A stretch of DNA of 64,000 nucleotides from Klebsiella phage vB_KpnM_VPA32. The position numbers and the translations under genes are program-made. The stretch lies in sequence record OP558005.1, one strand, 5' to 3'. The notes beneath the pieces were generated by a model. The model was given only the letters and a program-made list of their open reading frames with translations. It was not told the DNA's origin and did not search any database. Of the stretch, positions 42,124 to 53,321 are shown one piece after another; the first letter of the stretch is position 1, and every line of letters begins with the position of its first letter.

Positions 42124-42155
42124 TTAGTATGCTTTAACCCTTATTGGAGACTCTA

Positions 42156-43724
42156 ATGAAATTTGACGTCTTAAGTTTGTTCGCGCCGTGGGCCAAAGTC
42201 GACGAACAGGAATACGACCAACAGCTAAATAATAATTTAGAGTCTATCACGGCCCCTAAATTTGATGACGGCGCGACAGAGATTGAATCGGAACGTGGAG
42301 ACATTGCAGGCGCTGGATTATTCCAGAGAATGTATGGTCAAAATGAACCGGGAATGAAAAACACCAGGGAGCTTATTGATACTTACCGTCAGTTAATGAA
42401 TAACTACGAAGTAGATAATGCTGTCCAAGAAATAGTCCTCGATGCTATTGTATACGAAGACGATCATCCAGTGGTTTCATTGGATTTAGATAACACTGAT
42501 TTTAGCCCAGCGATTAAAGACCGTTTACAAGAAGAATTTAACGAAGTTCTTACCTGTCTGAATTTTGAAAGAAAAGGTCTCGACCATTTCCGTCGCTGGT
42601 ACGTCGATTCTCGTATCTTCTTCCATAAAATTATAAATCCTAAAAAACCGAAAGAAGGTATTCAAGAGCTTCGTCGTTTAGACCCGCGTAACGTTCAGTT
42701 TGTCCGCGAAGTTATCACCGACACTGAAGCGGGCGTGAAAATCGTTAAAGGCTACAAAGAATACTTCGTTTATAACACTGGTCACGAATCATATCAGTGC
42801 GATGGACGAATTTATGACGCTGGAGCAAAAATAAGAATTCCAAAATCAGCTGTCGTTTATGCTCATTCTGGATTAGTTGATTGCTCAGGAAGAAACATTA
42901 TCGGTTATTTGCACCGTGCTGTCAAACCTGCTAACCAACTTAAATTGCTCGAAGACGCAATGGTAATTTATCGTATTACACGTGCACCAGACCGTCGAGT
43001 GTTTTACATTGACACAGGGAATATGCCTTCCCGTAAAGCTGCAGCTCATATGCAACACATCATGAACACCATGAAAAACCGTGTGGTATACGATGCTTCT
43101 ACTGGTAAGATTAAAAACCAGCAGCACAATATGTCAATGACAGAAGATTATTGGTTACAGCGCCGCGATGGTAAAGCTGTTACTGAAATTGATAATATGC
43201 CTGGTGCTTCAGGCATGAACGAAATGGACGATGTCCGTTGGTTCAAGAACAACCTTTACCAAGCATTACGTGTTCCACTGTCTCGTATCCCGAATGACCA
43301 ACAAAGTGGAGTTCAGTTTGATGCTGGAACTGGAATTACACGTGACGAGTTACAATTTGCTAAATTCATTCGTGAACTGCAGCATAAGTTTGAAGAAATT
43401 TTCCTCGACCCTCTTAAAACAAACCTTATTTTGAAAGGCGTAATGAGCGAAGATGATTGGAAAGATGAAATAAATAACATTAAGATAGTATTTCATCGTG
43501 ACAGTTACTTCACTGAACTTAAAGATGCTGAAGTCACTGAACGCAGATTCAATATGCTTCAAATGGCCGAACCGTTTATCGGTAAGTATATTTCTCATCA
43601 GACTGCAATGAAGACTATTCTTCAAATGACTGATGAACAAATTGACCAAGAGGCTAAGCAAATTGAGCTAGAGTCTAAAGAGGCTCGTTTCCAAGACCCA
43701 GACCAAGAACAAGAGGATTTCTAA
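42156..43724 (+). CDS. 20: portal vertex protein gp20
   Basis: Start reset to [14 protein letters not shown] (T4 gp20 begins [14 protein letters not shown]). Confidence 0.95.
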   Translation: MKFDVLSLFAPWAKVDEQEYDQQLNNNLESITAPKFDDGATEIESERGDIAGAGLFQRMYGQNEPGMKNTRELIDTYRQLMNNYEVDNAVQEIVLDAIVYEDDHPVVSLDLDNTDFSPAIKDRLQEEFNEVLTCLNFERKGLDHFRRWYVDSRIFFHKIINPKKPKEGIQELRRLDPRNVQFVREVITDTEAGVKIVKGYKEYFVYNTGHESYQCDGRIYDAGAKIRIPKSAVVYAHSGLVDCSGRNIIGYLHRAVKPANQLKLLEDAMVIYRITRAPDRRVFYIDTGNMPSRKAAAHMQHIMNTMKNRVVYDASTGKIKNQQHNMSMTEDYWLQRRDGKAVTEIDNMPGASGMNEMDDVRWFKNNLYQALRVPLSRIPNDQQSGVQFDAGTGITRDELQFAKFIRELQHKFEEIFLDPLKTNLILKGVMSEDDWKDEINNIKIVFHRDSYFTELKDAEVTERRFNMLQMAEPFIGKYISHQTAMKTILQMTDEQIDQEAKQIELESKEARFQDPDQEQEDF

Positions 43725-43966
43725 TGGAAGATTTCATCTCCGCACTCAAATCCAACGACCTCGTTAAAGCTAAGAAAGCCTTTGGTGCTATTATGCTTGA
43801 ACAGACCGCTGATTTGATTAGCCAACGTCGTGTTGAGATTGCCCAATCTGTTATGATTGAAGGCGAAGAAAAAGAAGACGACGAAAAAGATGATTCTGAA
43901 GATGAAGGTAAAGAAAAACCTGAATCTGAAGATGAAAAAGATTCTGAAGACGAAGACGAAGAATAA
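43724..43966 (+). CDS. 67: prohead core protein gp67
   Basis: 80 aa with an acidic tail; synteny. Confidence 0.85.
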   Translation: MEDFISALKSNDLVKAKKAFGAIMLEQTADLISQRRVEIAQSVMIEGEEKEDDEKDDSEDEGKEKPESEDEKDSEDEDEE

Positions 43967-43975
43967 GGAGTCGCA

Positions 43976-44401
43976 ATGCTGATTGTTCCTGATGAGTACG
44001 AAGTCGTACTTGAAAACATCGAAGCAGCTATTCCTGAAGCCGAATCTCGTTTTAAGCAGTTGTCAGAAGCTCTCGATAAAGCAGACATAAATACAATTGT
44101 AGAAAACATGTTGTCAATTGAACCTGAAGTAGCAATTGCTATGGGTTCACTGAATGAAGAAATGCAGCTCAATGAATTTATCGTTAAGCATGTTTCTTCT
44201 CGTGGAGAAATTACGCGTACTAAAGACCGTAAAACCCGCGAGCGTCAAGCATTCCAAACAACTGGTTTATCTAAAGCTAAACGTCGCGCTATCGCTCGAA
44301 AAGTCGTTAAGTCCAAACGCGCTAATCCGTCTGGTACTGTACGAGGCAACCGCAAACGTAAGAAAGCTATGAAACGTCGTCAGGCGTTAGGATTAAGCTA
44401 A
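43976..44401 (+). CDS. 68: prohead core protein gp68
   Basis: 141 aa; synteny. Confidence 0.85.
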   Translation: MLIVPDEYEVVLENIEAAIPEAESRFKQLSEALDKADINTIVENMLSIEPEVAIAMGSLNEEMQLNEFIVKHVSSRGEITRTKDRKTRERQAFQTTGLSKAKRRAIARKVVKSKRANPSGTVRGNRKRKKAMKRRQALGLS

Positions 44402-45042
44402 TGAATGAACCCCAATTACTCATTGAGCATTGGGGTCAACCCGGCGAAATTTTGAATGGCGTACCGATGCTTGAGTCATACGATGGCTCAGATGCAGGGC
44501 TAAAACCTGGATTATACATCGAAGGCGTGTTCATGCAAGCCGAAGTAGTTAACCGAAATAAGCGTCTTTATCCAAAGAGAGTATTGGAAAAAGCCGTAGC
44601 TAATTATATTAAAGAGCAGGTTTCTACTAAACAAGCACTTGGAGAATTAAATCACCCACCACGTGCTAACGTTGACCCGATGCAAGCCGCAATCATCATC
44701 GAAGATATGTGGTGGAAAGGAAACGATGTTTATGGACGAGCTCGTATTATTGAAGGTGACCATGGTCCTGGAGATAAACTCGCTGCAAACATTCGTGCTG
44801 GCTGGATTCCTGGAGTATCTAGTCGTGGACTAGGCTCATTAACGGAAACCAATAAAGGCTACCGTATCGTAAACGAAGGATTTAAACTCACCGTTGGCGT
44901 TGATGCTGTGTGGGGGCCTTCTGCACCAGATGCTTGGGTAACTCCGAAGCAGATTTCGGAATCCGCTGAGGCGCAAGTCGCCAAAAAGAATGACGATGAG
45001 TCATTTAAAGCTCTCGTAGAGAGTCTCGAAAAAGCATTATAA
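44401..45042 (+). CDS. 21: prohead core protease gp21
   Basis: 213 aa; synteny. Confidence 0.9.
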   Translation: MNEPQLLIEHWGQPGEILNGVPMLESYDGSDAGLKPGLYIEGVFMQAEVVNRNKRLYPKRVLEKAVANYIKEQVSTKQALGELNHPPRANVDPMQAAIIIEDMWWKGNDVYGRARIIEGDHGPGDKLAANIRAGWIPGVSSRGLGSLTETNKGYRIVNEGFKLTVGVDAVWGPSAPDAWVTPKQISESAEAQVAKKNDDESFKALVESLEKAL

Positions 45043-45045
45043 ATA
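45038..45045 (+). promoter_or_regulatory. T4 late promoter TATAAATA for gene 22
   Basis: Exact consensus overlapping the gene 21 stop. Confidence 0.55.
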
Positions 45046-45075
45046 ATAATGTAACTTAACAACAGGACTAACAAA

Positions 45076-45891
45076 ATGCTGAAAGACATCCTGCTCCAGG
45101 AAGCTCAGAATATTGAAGCTACCGTAGCTGTGGACAGTATTTTCGAATCGGTCGAGCTTTCTCCGGAAGTAAAAGCGAAGTTCGAAACTGTATTCGAAGC
45201 AACTGTGAAGAAACATGCCGTTGAATTGGCTGAATCCCACATTACCAAAATTGCTGAAATGGCTGACGAAAAGCTGAAAGACGCTAAAGAAGAAGCCGAA
45301 GAAAAAGCTGAAAAGAAACTGACAGAACATGCTTCTCGTTTCTTCAATCACATCGCTCAAGAATGGATGAACGAAAACAAACTGGCTGTTGATAAAGGCA
45401 TCAAAGCTGAACTGTTTGAATCCATGTTCGCTGGTATGAAAGAACTGTTCGTTGAACACAACGTTGTTCTGCCAGAAGAATCAGTTGATGTAGTTGCTGA
45501 AATGGAAGAAGAACTGGCTGAAGCTCGTGAAGAAATCAGCAATCTGTTCGAAGGTATTTCTGCTCGCGACGAAAAAATTAATACCATGCTGCGTGAAAGC
45601 GCTGTAATGGAATCAACTAAAGACTTGACCGACGTTCAGAAAGAGAAAGTAGCTTCTCTGACCGAAGGTATGGAATATTCCGACGAATTCTCAAGTAAGC
45701 TGTCTGCCATCGTCGAAATGGTTAAAGGCTCCGTCGAGAAAGAGGTAGTAAATGAAAGCATAAATACTACCGACAATGATGCTGACGGTCTCAACTTCAT
45801 TACTGAAGAACACATTGAGCCAGAAGAAAAAGTATCAAAACAGCCATCGATGATGGACGCATACGTAGCCTCTGCGGCACGTCTTTCTTAA
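45076..45891 (+). CDS. 22: prohead core scaffold gp22
   Basis: 271 aa, acidic coiled coil. Confidence 0.9.
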   Translation: MLKDILLQEAQNIEATVAVDSIFESVELSPEVKAKFETVFEATVKKHAVELAESHITKIAEMADEKLKDAKEEAEEKAEKKLTEHASRFFNHIAQEWMNENKLAVDKGIKAELFESMFAGMKELFVEHNVVLPEESVDVVAEMEEELAEAREEISNLFEGISARDEKINTMLRESAVMESTKDLTDVQKEKVASLTEGMEYSDEFSSKLSAIVEMVKGSVEKEVVNESINTTDNDADGLNFITEEHIEPEEKVSKQPSMMDAYVASAARLS

Positions 45892-45913
45892 TTTTTAAAA
45901 GGTTATAAAACAC

Positions 45914-47476
45914 ATGAAAAAGATTAATCCGTTAGTAGAAAAATGGACTCCGCTGCTTGAGAACGAAGCACTGCCTGAAATCGTTGGTGCTGGTAAAAAA
46001 GCTCTGATTGCAAAAATCATGGAAAACCAGGAATCAGCTATTAAAACTGAACCTGCATTCCGTGATGAAAAAATCGCTGAAGCATTTGGTTCGTTCCTGA
46101 CTGAAGCAGAAATTGGTGGTGATCACGGTTATGATGCTCAAAACATCGCTGCTGGTCAGACATCCGGCGCAGTAACTCAGATTGGACCAGCTGTTATGGG
46201 CATGGTACGTCGTGCAATTCCTAACCTGATTGCTTTCGACATCTGCGGTGTTCAGCCAATGAGTTCTCCAACCGGACAGGTATTCGCTCTGCGTGCTGTT
46301 TACGGTAAAGACCCTCTGGCCGCTGGTGCTAAAGAAGCATTCCACCCAATGTACGCTCCAGATGCAATGTTCTCTGGTCAGGGTGCTGCTCAGAAATTCG
46401 CAGCTGTTAAAGCTTCCGATGTTCTGACTGTTGGCACTATCGTAGTTCACGATTTCGCTGATGTTGGTCGCGCTTACTTCCAGGTTGCTGAAGGTTTCAC
46501 CGTAGACGCTGGTGCTACCGATGCTGAAAAACTGGATAAAGCAGTTAAAGCTGCTGAAGAAGCTGGTCAGCTGGTAGAAATCGCTGAAGGTATGGCTACC
46601 TCTGTTGCGGAACTGCAGGAGAACTTCAACGGTTCTACTGACAACCCATGGAATGAAATGGGCTTCCGTATCGATAAACAAGTTATCGAAGCTAAATCCC
46701 GTCAGCTGAAAGCTCAGTACTCTATTGAACTGGCTCAAGACTTACGTGCTGTTCACGGTATGGATGCAGATGCTGAACTGTCTGGTATTCTGGCTACCGA
46801 AATCATGCTGGAAATCAACCGTGAAGTTGTAGACTGGATTAACTACTCTGCGCAACTGGGTAAAACCGGTATGACTCAGACCGTTGGTTCTAAAGCTGGT
46901 GTATTTGACTTCCAGGACCCAGTAGATATTCGTGGCGCTCGTTGGGCAGGTGAAAGCTTCAAAGCTCTTCTGTTCCAAATCGATAAAGAAGCTGCTGAAA
47001 TCGCACGTCAGACTGGTCGTGGTGCTGGTAACTTCATCATCGCTTCTCGTAACGTAGTTAACGCTCTGGCAGCTGTTGACACTGGCGTTACTCCTGCTGC
47101 TCAGGGTCTGGGTCAAGGCTTCAATGCTGATACCACTAAGACTGTGTTCGCAGGTATTCTGGGCGGTCGTTATAAAGTATACATCGACCAGTACGCTCGT
47201 CAGGACTACTTCACCATTGGTTACAAAGGTGCTAACGAGATGGATGCTGGTATCTACTACGCTCCATACGTTGCTCTGACTCCACTGCGTGGTTCCGACC
47301 CTAAAAACTTCCAGCCAGTCATGGGCTTCAAAACCCGTTACGGTATTGGTATCAACCCGTTTGCTGATAGTGCATCACAGCAGCCGAATGCTCGCATTCA
47401 GTCTGGTATGCCTTCTATCGTCAACTCCGTTGGTAAGAACGCGTACTTCCGTCGCATCTGGGTTAAAGGTCTGTAA
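45914..47476 (+). CDS. 23: major capsid protein gp23
   Basis: About 80% identity by eye to T4 gp23 across the body (TEAEIGGDHGY...). Confidence 0.97.
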   Translation: MKKINPLVEKWTPLLENEALPEIVGAGKKALIAKIMENQESAIKTEPAFRDEKIAEAFGSFLTEAEIGGDHGYDAQNIAAGQTSGAVTQIGPAVMGMVRRAIPNLIAFDICGVQPMSSPTGQVFALRAVYGKDPLAAGAKEAFHPMYAPDAMFSGQGAAQKFAAVKASDVLTVGTIVVHDFADVGRAYFQVAEGFTVDAGATDAEKLDKAVKAAEEAGQLVEIAEGMATSVAELQENFNGSTDNPWNEMGFRIDKQVIEAKSRQLKAQYSIELAQDLRAVHGMDADAELSGILATEIMLEINREVVDWINYSAQLGKTGMTQTVGSKAGVFDFQDPVDIRGARWAGESFKALLFQIDKEAAEIARQTGRGAGNFIIASRNVVNALAAVDTGVTPAAQGLGQGFNADTTKTVFAGILGGRYKVYIDQYARQDYFTIGYKGANEMDAGIYYAPYVALTPLRGSDPKNFQPVMGFKTRYGIGINPFADSASQQPNARIQSGMPSIVNSVGKNAYFRRIWVKGL

Positions 47477-47482
47477 TCCAAT

Positions 47483-47513
47483 TAAATGGGAGCCGCAAGG
47501 CTCCCATTGTTGT
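47483..47513 (+). terminator. terminator after gene 23
   Basis: GGGAGCC-GCAA-GGCTCCC followed by a T-run. Confidence 0.6.
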
Positions 47514-47561
47514 TTCTACGGATGATAAATAAAAGTATAATCCACTAGAGGAAAAGCGACG

Positions 47562-48845
47562 ATGGCTAACATCCATGACCTTCTGCGCGAATCAACTACA
47601 ACGACGAGTTCAATTTCTGCCCGTCCTAGCCTCGTTGCATTGACTCGCGCTACTACTAAATTAATTTACTCTGATATTGTAGCTACTCAGCGTACTACTC
47701 AACCTACTGCTGCTTTCTATGGTATCAAATATTTGAACCCTAACAAAGAATTAACGTTCCTTACTGGTGCTACCTACGCAGGTCAAACTGGTACTGAGGA
47801 CCGTAAGTCTATTGAAACATTAACTGCTTCAAATAAAGATTCATTTGGCAAGGGCGATTTATTCAAATACAATGACATTGTTTACAAAGTACTTGTAGAT
47901 AATCCATTTGACCAGATTACTGAAACTGATTTAGAAGTTGTAATTCAGATTTCTCTGGTTAAACTCACTACTCGTTTAATGTCTGACGCTGCTATCACTT
48001 CCAAGTTTGAAACTGCTGGAGCTGATATCGCTGAAGCTAAATTCCAAATTGATAAATGGCAGACTCAAGTTAAATCTCGTAAACTTAAAACGAGCTTGAC
48101 TGTTGAATTGGCCCAGGACCTTGAAGCTAATGGCTTTGATGCTTCCAATTTTATCGATGATTTACTGGCTACTGAAATGGCCGATGAAATTAACAAAGAC
48201 ATTTTACAAAGTCTTGTGACAGTTTCAAAACGATATAAAGTTGAAGGTATCACAGATACTGGATTCATCGATTTATCTTATGCATCTGCTCCAGAAGCTG
48301 GTCGTTCTCTGTATCGCATGGTATGCGAAATGGTTTCTCATATTCAGCGCTCAACATCCTTTACTGCAACATTCGCTGTAGCATCTACTCGTGCTGCTGC
48401 TGTTCTTGCTGCATCAGGTTGGTTGAAACATCAATCTGGAGATGATGAATATCTATCAGAGAATGCTTATGGTTTCCTGGCAAACGGTTTGCCTCTGTAT
48501 TGCGATACTAACACTCCACTCGATTATGTAATCGTCGGTGTAGTAGAAGATATTGGTGATAAAGAAGTTGTATCGAGTATTTTCTATGCTCCATACACTG
48601 AAGGTATCGACCTTGATGACCCGGAACACGTTGGTGCATTTAAAGTAATTGTTGACCCAGAAAGCTTACAGCCTTCTGTAGCTTTACTCGTTCGTTATGC
48701 ACTGTCTGCTAACCCGTATACTGTAGCTAAAGATGAAAAGGAAGCTCGAATCATTGATGGCGGGGATATGGATAAGATGGCAGGACGTTCTGATTTATCA
48801 GTTCTTCTTGGTGTTAAGTTACCAAAAATCATCATTGAAGACTAA
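47562..48845 (+). CDS. 24: capsid vertex protein gp24
   Basis: 427 aa, gp23 paralogue; synteny. Confidence 0.9.
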   Translation: MANIHDLLRESTTTTSSISARPSLVALTRATTKLIYSDIVATQRTTQPTAAFYGIKYLNPNKELTFLTGATYAGQTGTEDRKSIETLTASNKDSFGKGDLFKYNDIVYKVLVDNPFDQITETDLEVVIQISLVKLTTRLMSDAAITSKFETAGADIAEAKFQIDKWQTQVKSRKLKTSLTVELAQDLEANGFDASNFIDDLLATEMADEINKDILQSLVTVSKRYKVEGITDTGFIDLSYASAPEAGRSLYRMVCEMVSHIQRSTSFTATFAVASTRAAAVLAASGWLKHQSGDDEYLSENAYGFLANGLPLYCDTNTPLDYVIVGVVEDIGDKEVVSSIFYAPYTEGIDLDDPEHVGAFKVIVDPESLQPSVALLVRYALSANPYTVAKDEKEARIIDGGDMDKMAGRSDLSVLLGVKLPKIIIED

Positions 48846-48849
48846 AAGA

Positions 48850-48875
48850 AAGGGAACCGTGAGGTTCCCTTTTGT
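48850..48875 (+). terminator. terminator after gene 24
   Basis: GGGAACC-GTGA-GGTTCCC followed by TTTTG. Confidence 0.6.
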
Positions 48876-48877
48876 AG

Positions 48878-49423
48878 TTATAAAGCAAATATATCGAATG
48901 TTGGCGCGTACTTGTCTTTGAATCTCTGATAGATTTCCTTCTCATACAGATTGTAGCAAGGTATCCCATGACGCTTAGCTATATCAACGGCCACTCGTGT
49001 CCCTCCAGTAACGCTAGAGAGTTTTATTGGAGCATAGAATAGTACCATATCCACGGGCGACTGGCAGTCCTCTCCGAGCACCTGAAGTGCATTGCGGGCA
49101 AATAAAGTCTTCACTATATCCCGGCACTCATCCCAGTAACTTGTCACTTCTCTTGCTTTAATTACACTCCTGATTCTCACTTCATTTGGAAAATCTTTCC
49201 ACACCTTTACTCCAACTCCGGTTTTAAGACCATTGAAGCCTTCGTATGGTATGATACGTAATGAGCGCTCACGGTCGTATCTACTGAGCCATGATTCATC
49301 TGCACCAGGAGCTCCTCCCGAATACGAAAAATGGCCCGACTCCGAAAGAGCCTGACCAGTTAATGACATGACATCTAAAACACGACGTGGCGTCTCTCGA
49401 GAACCAATTAACGCCAAACGCAT
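48878..49423 (-). CDS. DprA/Smf-like (SLOG superfamily) Rossmann-fold protein
   Basis: LALIGSRE...SGGAPGADESW resembles the DprA/SLOG nucleotide-binding signature; no gene sits here in T4. Confidence 0.5.
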   Translation of the reverse strand: MRLALIGSRETPRRVLDVMSLTGQALSESGHFSYSGGAPGADESWLSRYDRERSLRIIPYEGFNGLKTGVGVKVWKDFPNEVRIRSVIKAREVTSYWDECRDIVKTLFARNALQVLGEDCQSPVDMVLFYAPIKLSSVTGGTRVAVDIAKRHGIPCYNLYEKEIYQRFKDKYAPTFDIFAL

Positions 49424-50427
49424 TAGTTACTTACCAGTTCAATCCAAACCGGACGAATTACGCCTTGTACGTAATTGACAAGTTCTTTCTTGACTACATC
49501 AGGATTATCAGCGTCAGTAATGAAGATTTCTTCACGACCAGCTTCTTCCAGAATATCCTGGACAGTAAGACCCATAACTTTACCAAAGTCCTTTGGACCC
49601 ACTTGACCAATCTTACTGATAACGTTATTGACTCGGTTCAGAGTAGCGTAAGCTGCCAGGGTGGAGAAAGCAACCTTATCAACATCAGTCAGTTCAACCT
49701 TAGCTTTAATAGGCTTATCGGATTTAGCTTTCTCAGAGAACTTGGAGTTCTTGCATTTGATAGCTACACGAGAACCATTAGGGAAGAATTTAGGGTAGCA
49801 TGGTTTCAGAACGTAGCCTTCAGCGATGTTGCTTTCTGAAACAACCGCCTGGAATGGCATAGTATTAGCTTCTTCAAGACCATGAGCTTCAATAGCTTGA
49901 TTATAGCGATTAACTACAACATCCAGCATATTAGGAATTTGAATCAAGTCATCGAATTTACCACGACCCAGCAGTGGAGCCATTTTAAACCCAAAGACAT
50001 TACACATACGTTCCATCATGAAATCATCAACATAAGATGATTCACCGGATTCGGTAGTCACTTTAATATCGAAAACGTAGAAGTCTTTTTCACCATAATC
50101 AACACCTTTCTGAATTCCACCGCCGGCAAATTCACCAAAGATTTGATAAGCTACAGTAGCACCAGTCAGTGCAGCTTGAACAGCTTTAAATGACTCGTTA
50201 TAACGACCCATGATAACCATATAGCCAAAGAAGTCTTCTGCTGGCAGAATAGGACCAGTGCGCTTAGCAGGCTGAATGCTATCTTTAGTTACGATAACAG
50301 AAAAGTTAGTGCCGTGAATTTTCTCGCGCGCTACCCAAGTTTCAGAGACATCAAAACCAGCATTACGAATACGCTCAATGAATTTACCGTTGTAGTGGTT
50401 CTCGAGCGTTGAATATTTCTCAAACAT
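49423..50427 (-). CDS. rnlB: RNA ligase 2 (Rnl2)
   Basis: [13 protein letters not shown]...EKIHGTNFS (KxHG ligase motif I); near-colinear with T4 Rnl2 (334 aa). Confidence 0.95.
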   Translation of the reverse strand: MFEKYSTLENHYNGKFIERIRNAGFDVSETWVAREKIHGTNFSVIVTKDSIQPAKRTGPILPAEDFFGYMVIMGRYNESFKAVQAALTGATVAYQIFGEFAGGGIQKGVDYGEKDFYVFDIKVTTESGESSYVDDFMMERMCNVFGFKMAPLLGRGKFDDLIQIPNMLDVVVNRYNQAIEAHGLEEANTMPFQAVVSESNIAEGYVLKPCYPKFFPNGSRVAIKCKNSKFSEKAKSDKPIKAKVELTDVDKVAFSTLAAYATLNRVNNVISKIGQVGPKDFGKVMGLTVQDILEEAGREEIFITDADNPDVVKKELVNYVQGVIRPVWIELVSN

Positions 50428-50435
50428 ATTTCACC

Positions 50436-50693
50436 TTAGAATTTAATTTTGAAAGACTGACCTTGATAGTCAGCATTGAACTCATACGAGAAACCATTTT
50501 TAGAAAAGAATCCTTTCATAGCTTCTACGTTATTGCTCCATTTTTCTGGAACAATATAAAACGTTTCAAACTTACCACGTTGTGCTGCGTTCCGCAGGTT
50601 ATCTTTGATATGAGCTTTAATCTCTTCTGGTAGTTCATCACGCACACCTTGTGCCAATGCTCTGTATTCTTGAGCTAGACTCATTATAATCAC
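50436..50693 (-). CDS. hypothetical protein (24.2-position)
   Basis: 85-aa ORF with ATG. Confidence 0.55.
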   Translation of the reverse strand: MIIMSLAQEYRALAQGVRDELPEEIKAHIKDNLRNAAQRGKFETFYIVPEKWSNNVEAMKGFFSKNGFSYEFNADYQGQSFKIKF

Positions 50694-50798
50694 CGTATAA
50701 ATATCAATAATTAGGGAGGGTTCTATCCTTCTATCGTCAAGCGTATGTACTAGAAAGAATCCGTGAAACCATTATACCACGCGGATTCTTTAAGCATA

Positions 50799-51152
50799 TT
50801 ATAGAGGGATTACTTTATATTTCTTATTGCCACGAGCATCACGCTTACAAACTAATTTGCACTTCGTGCCGCTTGCGATAGTGTAATCTTCATCAACCTT
50901 CATCCGCATCCAGTCTAATACCGTTCCAGATGGGTTCAAAGATTTTTCAACTTCAACCATAATTTTAGTGCCAGACTTATAAAACTTAGATTCTTGCTGC
51001 TCATAGTCAGATAGTGCGCGAGCAAACGCAGATGGGCTTAAGAATTTATTGTAACCGTGAGCAGCAGCTACAAACGTATTATCTAAAGCATGTTTAATGT
51101 TTTTGATTACAACTGATGCGTAACCGACGTGTTTTTCTGGGTATTGATACAT
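50799..51152 (-). CDS. hypothetical protein (24.3-position)
   Basis: 117-aa ORF with ATG. Confidence 0.55.
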   Translation of the reverse strand: MYQYPEKHVGYASVVIKNIKHALDNTFVAAAHGYNKFLSPSAFARALSDYEQQESKFYKSGTKIMVEVEKSLNPSGTVLDWMRMKVDEDYTIASGTKCKLVCKRDARGNKKYKVIPL

Positions 51153-51379
51153 TATAAAGTCCTCATGAACTGCGAAAGTTTTTGATGACGAGATTTTACA
51201 TCAACATTTGATAAGCGTTTACGATAAACCACTTTCTCTTTTCGTTTAGATTTAGCTTTTGCAGCTTCAACTTTAACATAATACAAAGCTGCTTCTTCGG
51301 GTTTAATACCCGCTTCTCTTGCAATTTCAATAAAACTCAATCCGCACTCATGCTTAAAATGAATCTCAATAGGTGTCAT
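51152..51379 (-). CDS. hypothetical small basic protein with a helix-turn-helix-like segment
   Basis: 75-aa ORF; LSFIEIAREAGIKPEEA. Confidence 0.5.
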   Translation of the reverse strand: MTPIEIHFKHECGLSFIEIAREAGIKPEEAALYYVKVEAAKAKSKRKEKVVYRKRLSNVDVKSRHQKLSQFMRTL

Positions 51380-51430
51380 GGTAATATCCTACGGTAAAAG
51401 ATGTTGGTATAATACCACTCTCTAGAAAAA

Positions 51431-51458
51431 GCAAAAGGAGCCCGAAGGCTCCTTTTAA
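51431..51458 (-). terminator. terminator after hoc (minus strand)
   Basis: On the minus strand, GGAGCC-TTCG-GGCTCC followed by TTTTGCTTTTT. Confidence 0.6.
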
Positions 51459-52576
51459 TAGATGATACCAGCTTCTAAAGCAGTACGATGAACAATGTAT
51501 CCATTTCTAGATTCTTGTACATCAACTTCTGGATACTCGTCTAGCATTTTAGCCAGAGTATATCGGTGTAAGTAATAATCGCTGTCAGGGTCGTCGAGTT
51601 TCCAATCTTTGCCCGCGACAGTCATTCGCTGGATTTCATCCATGACCCACCAACCACACCAAATATAAGCTGTTTCACGGACCGGTAGAGGATGAATATA
51701 CGGAAGTTCTCCATCAGGAGCAGGAGCTACCCTTTTAGTAATAGTTACATTACCAGTTTTAGTAACTGTAACCGGGTTATAATCCGGAGCAGAAACTACA
51801 ACCGAAACCTCAATTACTTGTGACCCGATAGTGGATGTATCAATTTCTAAAGTACTTGTTGAGCCTTCAACAGGAGAACCATCTTTAGTCCATGAATAGG
51901 TTCCGGATGCACCTTCTGGAGCACCAATAATATCAGCTTTAAAGGATGCTTCTGTTCCTTGTTCGGTAGTAATAGACTCAGGAGTCAGAGTAACAGAAAC
52001 TCCACTCATGGTCTTTTTAGTAAAAATAACTGCAACACCCTTAGTCGCAGTAGCCGGGTTGTAATCTTCCGCAGAAACTGTGACTTCACAGTTCAAAGTG
52101 TAATCAGCTTCTGCTGATTCAGTTACGGTAATTGTTTTAGCTGTTTGACCCTCAATAACGTCAGCGCCGCGTTTCCAAACATAAGCAATGCTTGCTCCTG
52201 ATGGTGCGCCAGTAACATCAGCAGTAACTACTTGAGATTGCCCAATTTCTTTAGAAACAGATTCTGGGCTCAAAGTTAAAGTAATCGCAGGCATAGTTTT
52301 GTTCTGAACTGTCAGAGTAGTTTCTGCTTCAGCCGTTTCAGGGTCACCTTCAGCCGGAGTAACAGTAGCAACTACTTTAACAGTCTTACTACCTGCGGGT
52401 CCTTCAGCAATATAATCCATAGCTGCGGTAACAGAAGACTGCGGTGTGCCATTTACAGTCCATACAAACGATTCTGTACCTTCAGCCGCGGCGCCAGAAG
52501 TTGTTGCAGTAAAATTAGTTGTAGTTCCAATGACTGCTGAAGCAGCCAAAGGAGCAATAGATACGGTATACGCCAT
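51455..52576 (-). CDS. hoc: highly immunogenic outer capsid protein Hoc (Ig-like domains)
   Basis: The C-terminal ELPYIHPLPVRETAYIWCGWWVMDEIQRM...ESRNGYIVHRTALEAGIIY is near-identical to T4 Hoc. Confidence 0.95.
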   Translation of the reverse strand: MAYTVSIAPLAASAVIGTTTNFTATTSGAAAEGTESFVWTVNGTPQSSVTAAMDYIAEGPAGSKTVKVVATVTPAEGDPETAEAETTLTVQNKTMPAITLTLSPESVSKEIGQSQVVTADVTGAPSGASIAYVWKRGADVIEGQTAKTITVTESAEADYTLNCEVTVSAEDYNPATATKGVAVIFTKKTMSGVSVTLTPESITTEQGTEASFKADIIGAPEGASGTYSWTKDGSPVEGSTSTLEIDTSTIGSQVIEVSVVVSAPDYNPVTVTKTGNVTITKRVAPAPDGELPYIHPLPVRETAYIWCGWWVMDEIQRMTVAGKDWKLDDPDSDYYLHRYTLAKMLDEYPEVDVQESRNGYIVHRTALEAGIIY

Positions 52577-52586
52577 AAGAATTTCC

Positions 52587-53306
52587 TTATTTTAAAGTCA
52601 CAAATGAAGAATTGCGAGTTTCACGAATCATAATAGACCCGTTTCTTTTAATGTAATAAATTAAGCTAAATAACGTTTGGTGAGCTGATGGGTGTCCAAA
52701 CGATGTTGGACGAGATTTCCAATCCGGATTATCTTTAATCCATTGGTAAATCCACCAAGGAAGAGTAACATATCCTGGATTCTTACCTAACAATTGTGTG
52801 TTTGGACTAAAGTTTTCGGGAAGCTCAACAATTTCTTCATTAAACTTTTCTTGGGTGATTGCAGTCACTGGAATAGTATGAACTTTATCATCTGCAACTG
52901 TAATCACAGAATCACCGATTGGGGCTTCAAGAATAACGCCTTTAACAGGGTCCATTGGCTTACCAAAATGAGGGTCGATATCAGTTACTTTCACTTGTGG
53001 CGTATCGACAGATACAGAATCAATCAATAGACGAGCTTCTTCTTTAGCCTCATCTTTAAAAATAGCAGTGCCTTTGGCCTCATCATCAGCTTGAATAAGG
53101 TCATAAATTGAAAGACCGTCATTCTGTTCTGGCATAGGTTCATTAGCAAGTTTAGCCAATTCGACTTCAAGGTCAGCGACCATATTGTCAAAGGCTTTAG
53201 TTTTCTTCAGCTTGATGCCGAAGGTTTCAGCGTACTCGGCAAGCTTTTCTTTGGCTTCTTTTTTCTCAAGTGCACCGATTTCAGCAATATAATCTTTATC
53301 TAACAT
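52587..53306 (-). CDS. inh: Inh, inhibitor of the prohead protease
   Basis: Synteny between hoc and uvsW; ATG at 53306 chosen because a late promoter lies at 53336-53343. Confidence 0.7.
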   Translation of the reverse strand: MLDKDYIAEIGALEKKEAKEKLAEYAETFGIKLKKTKAFDNMVADLEVELAKLANEPMPEQNDGLSIYDLIQADDEAKGTAIFKDEAKEEARLLIDSVSVDTPQVKVTDIDPHFGKPMDPVKGVILEAPIGDSVITVADDKVHTIPVTAITQEKFNEEIVELPENFSPNTQLLGKNPGYVTLPWWIYQWIKDNPDWKSRPTSFGHPSAHQTLFSLIYYIKRNGSIMIRETRNSSFVTLK

Positions 53307-53321
53307 AGTAGCCTCGTTGTG

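Noticed and set aside
46034-46738. 234-aa minus-strand ORF inside gene 23 (also 46742..47116, 45037..45459, 43675..44172)
   Set aside because: Antisense shadow ORFs within highly conserved structural genes whose sense-strand identity to T4 is unambiguous; low-complexity composition (e.g. Ser-rich 43675..44172).
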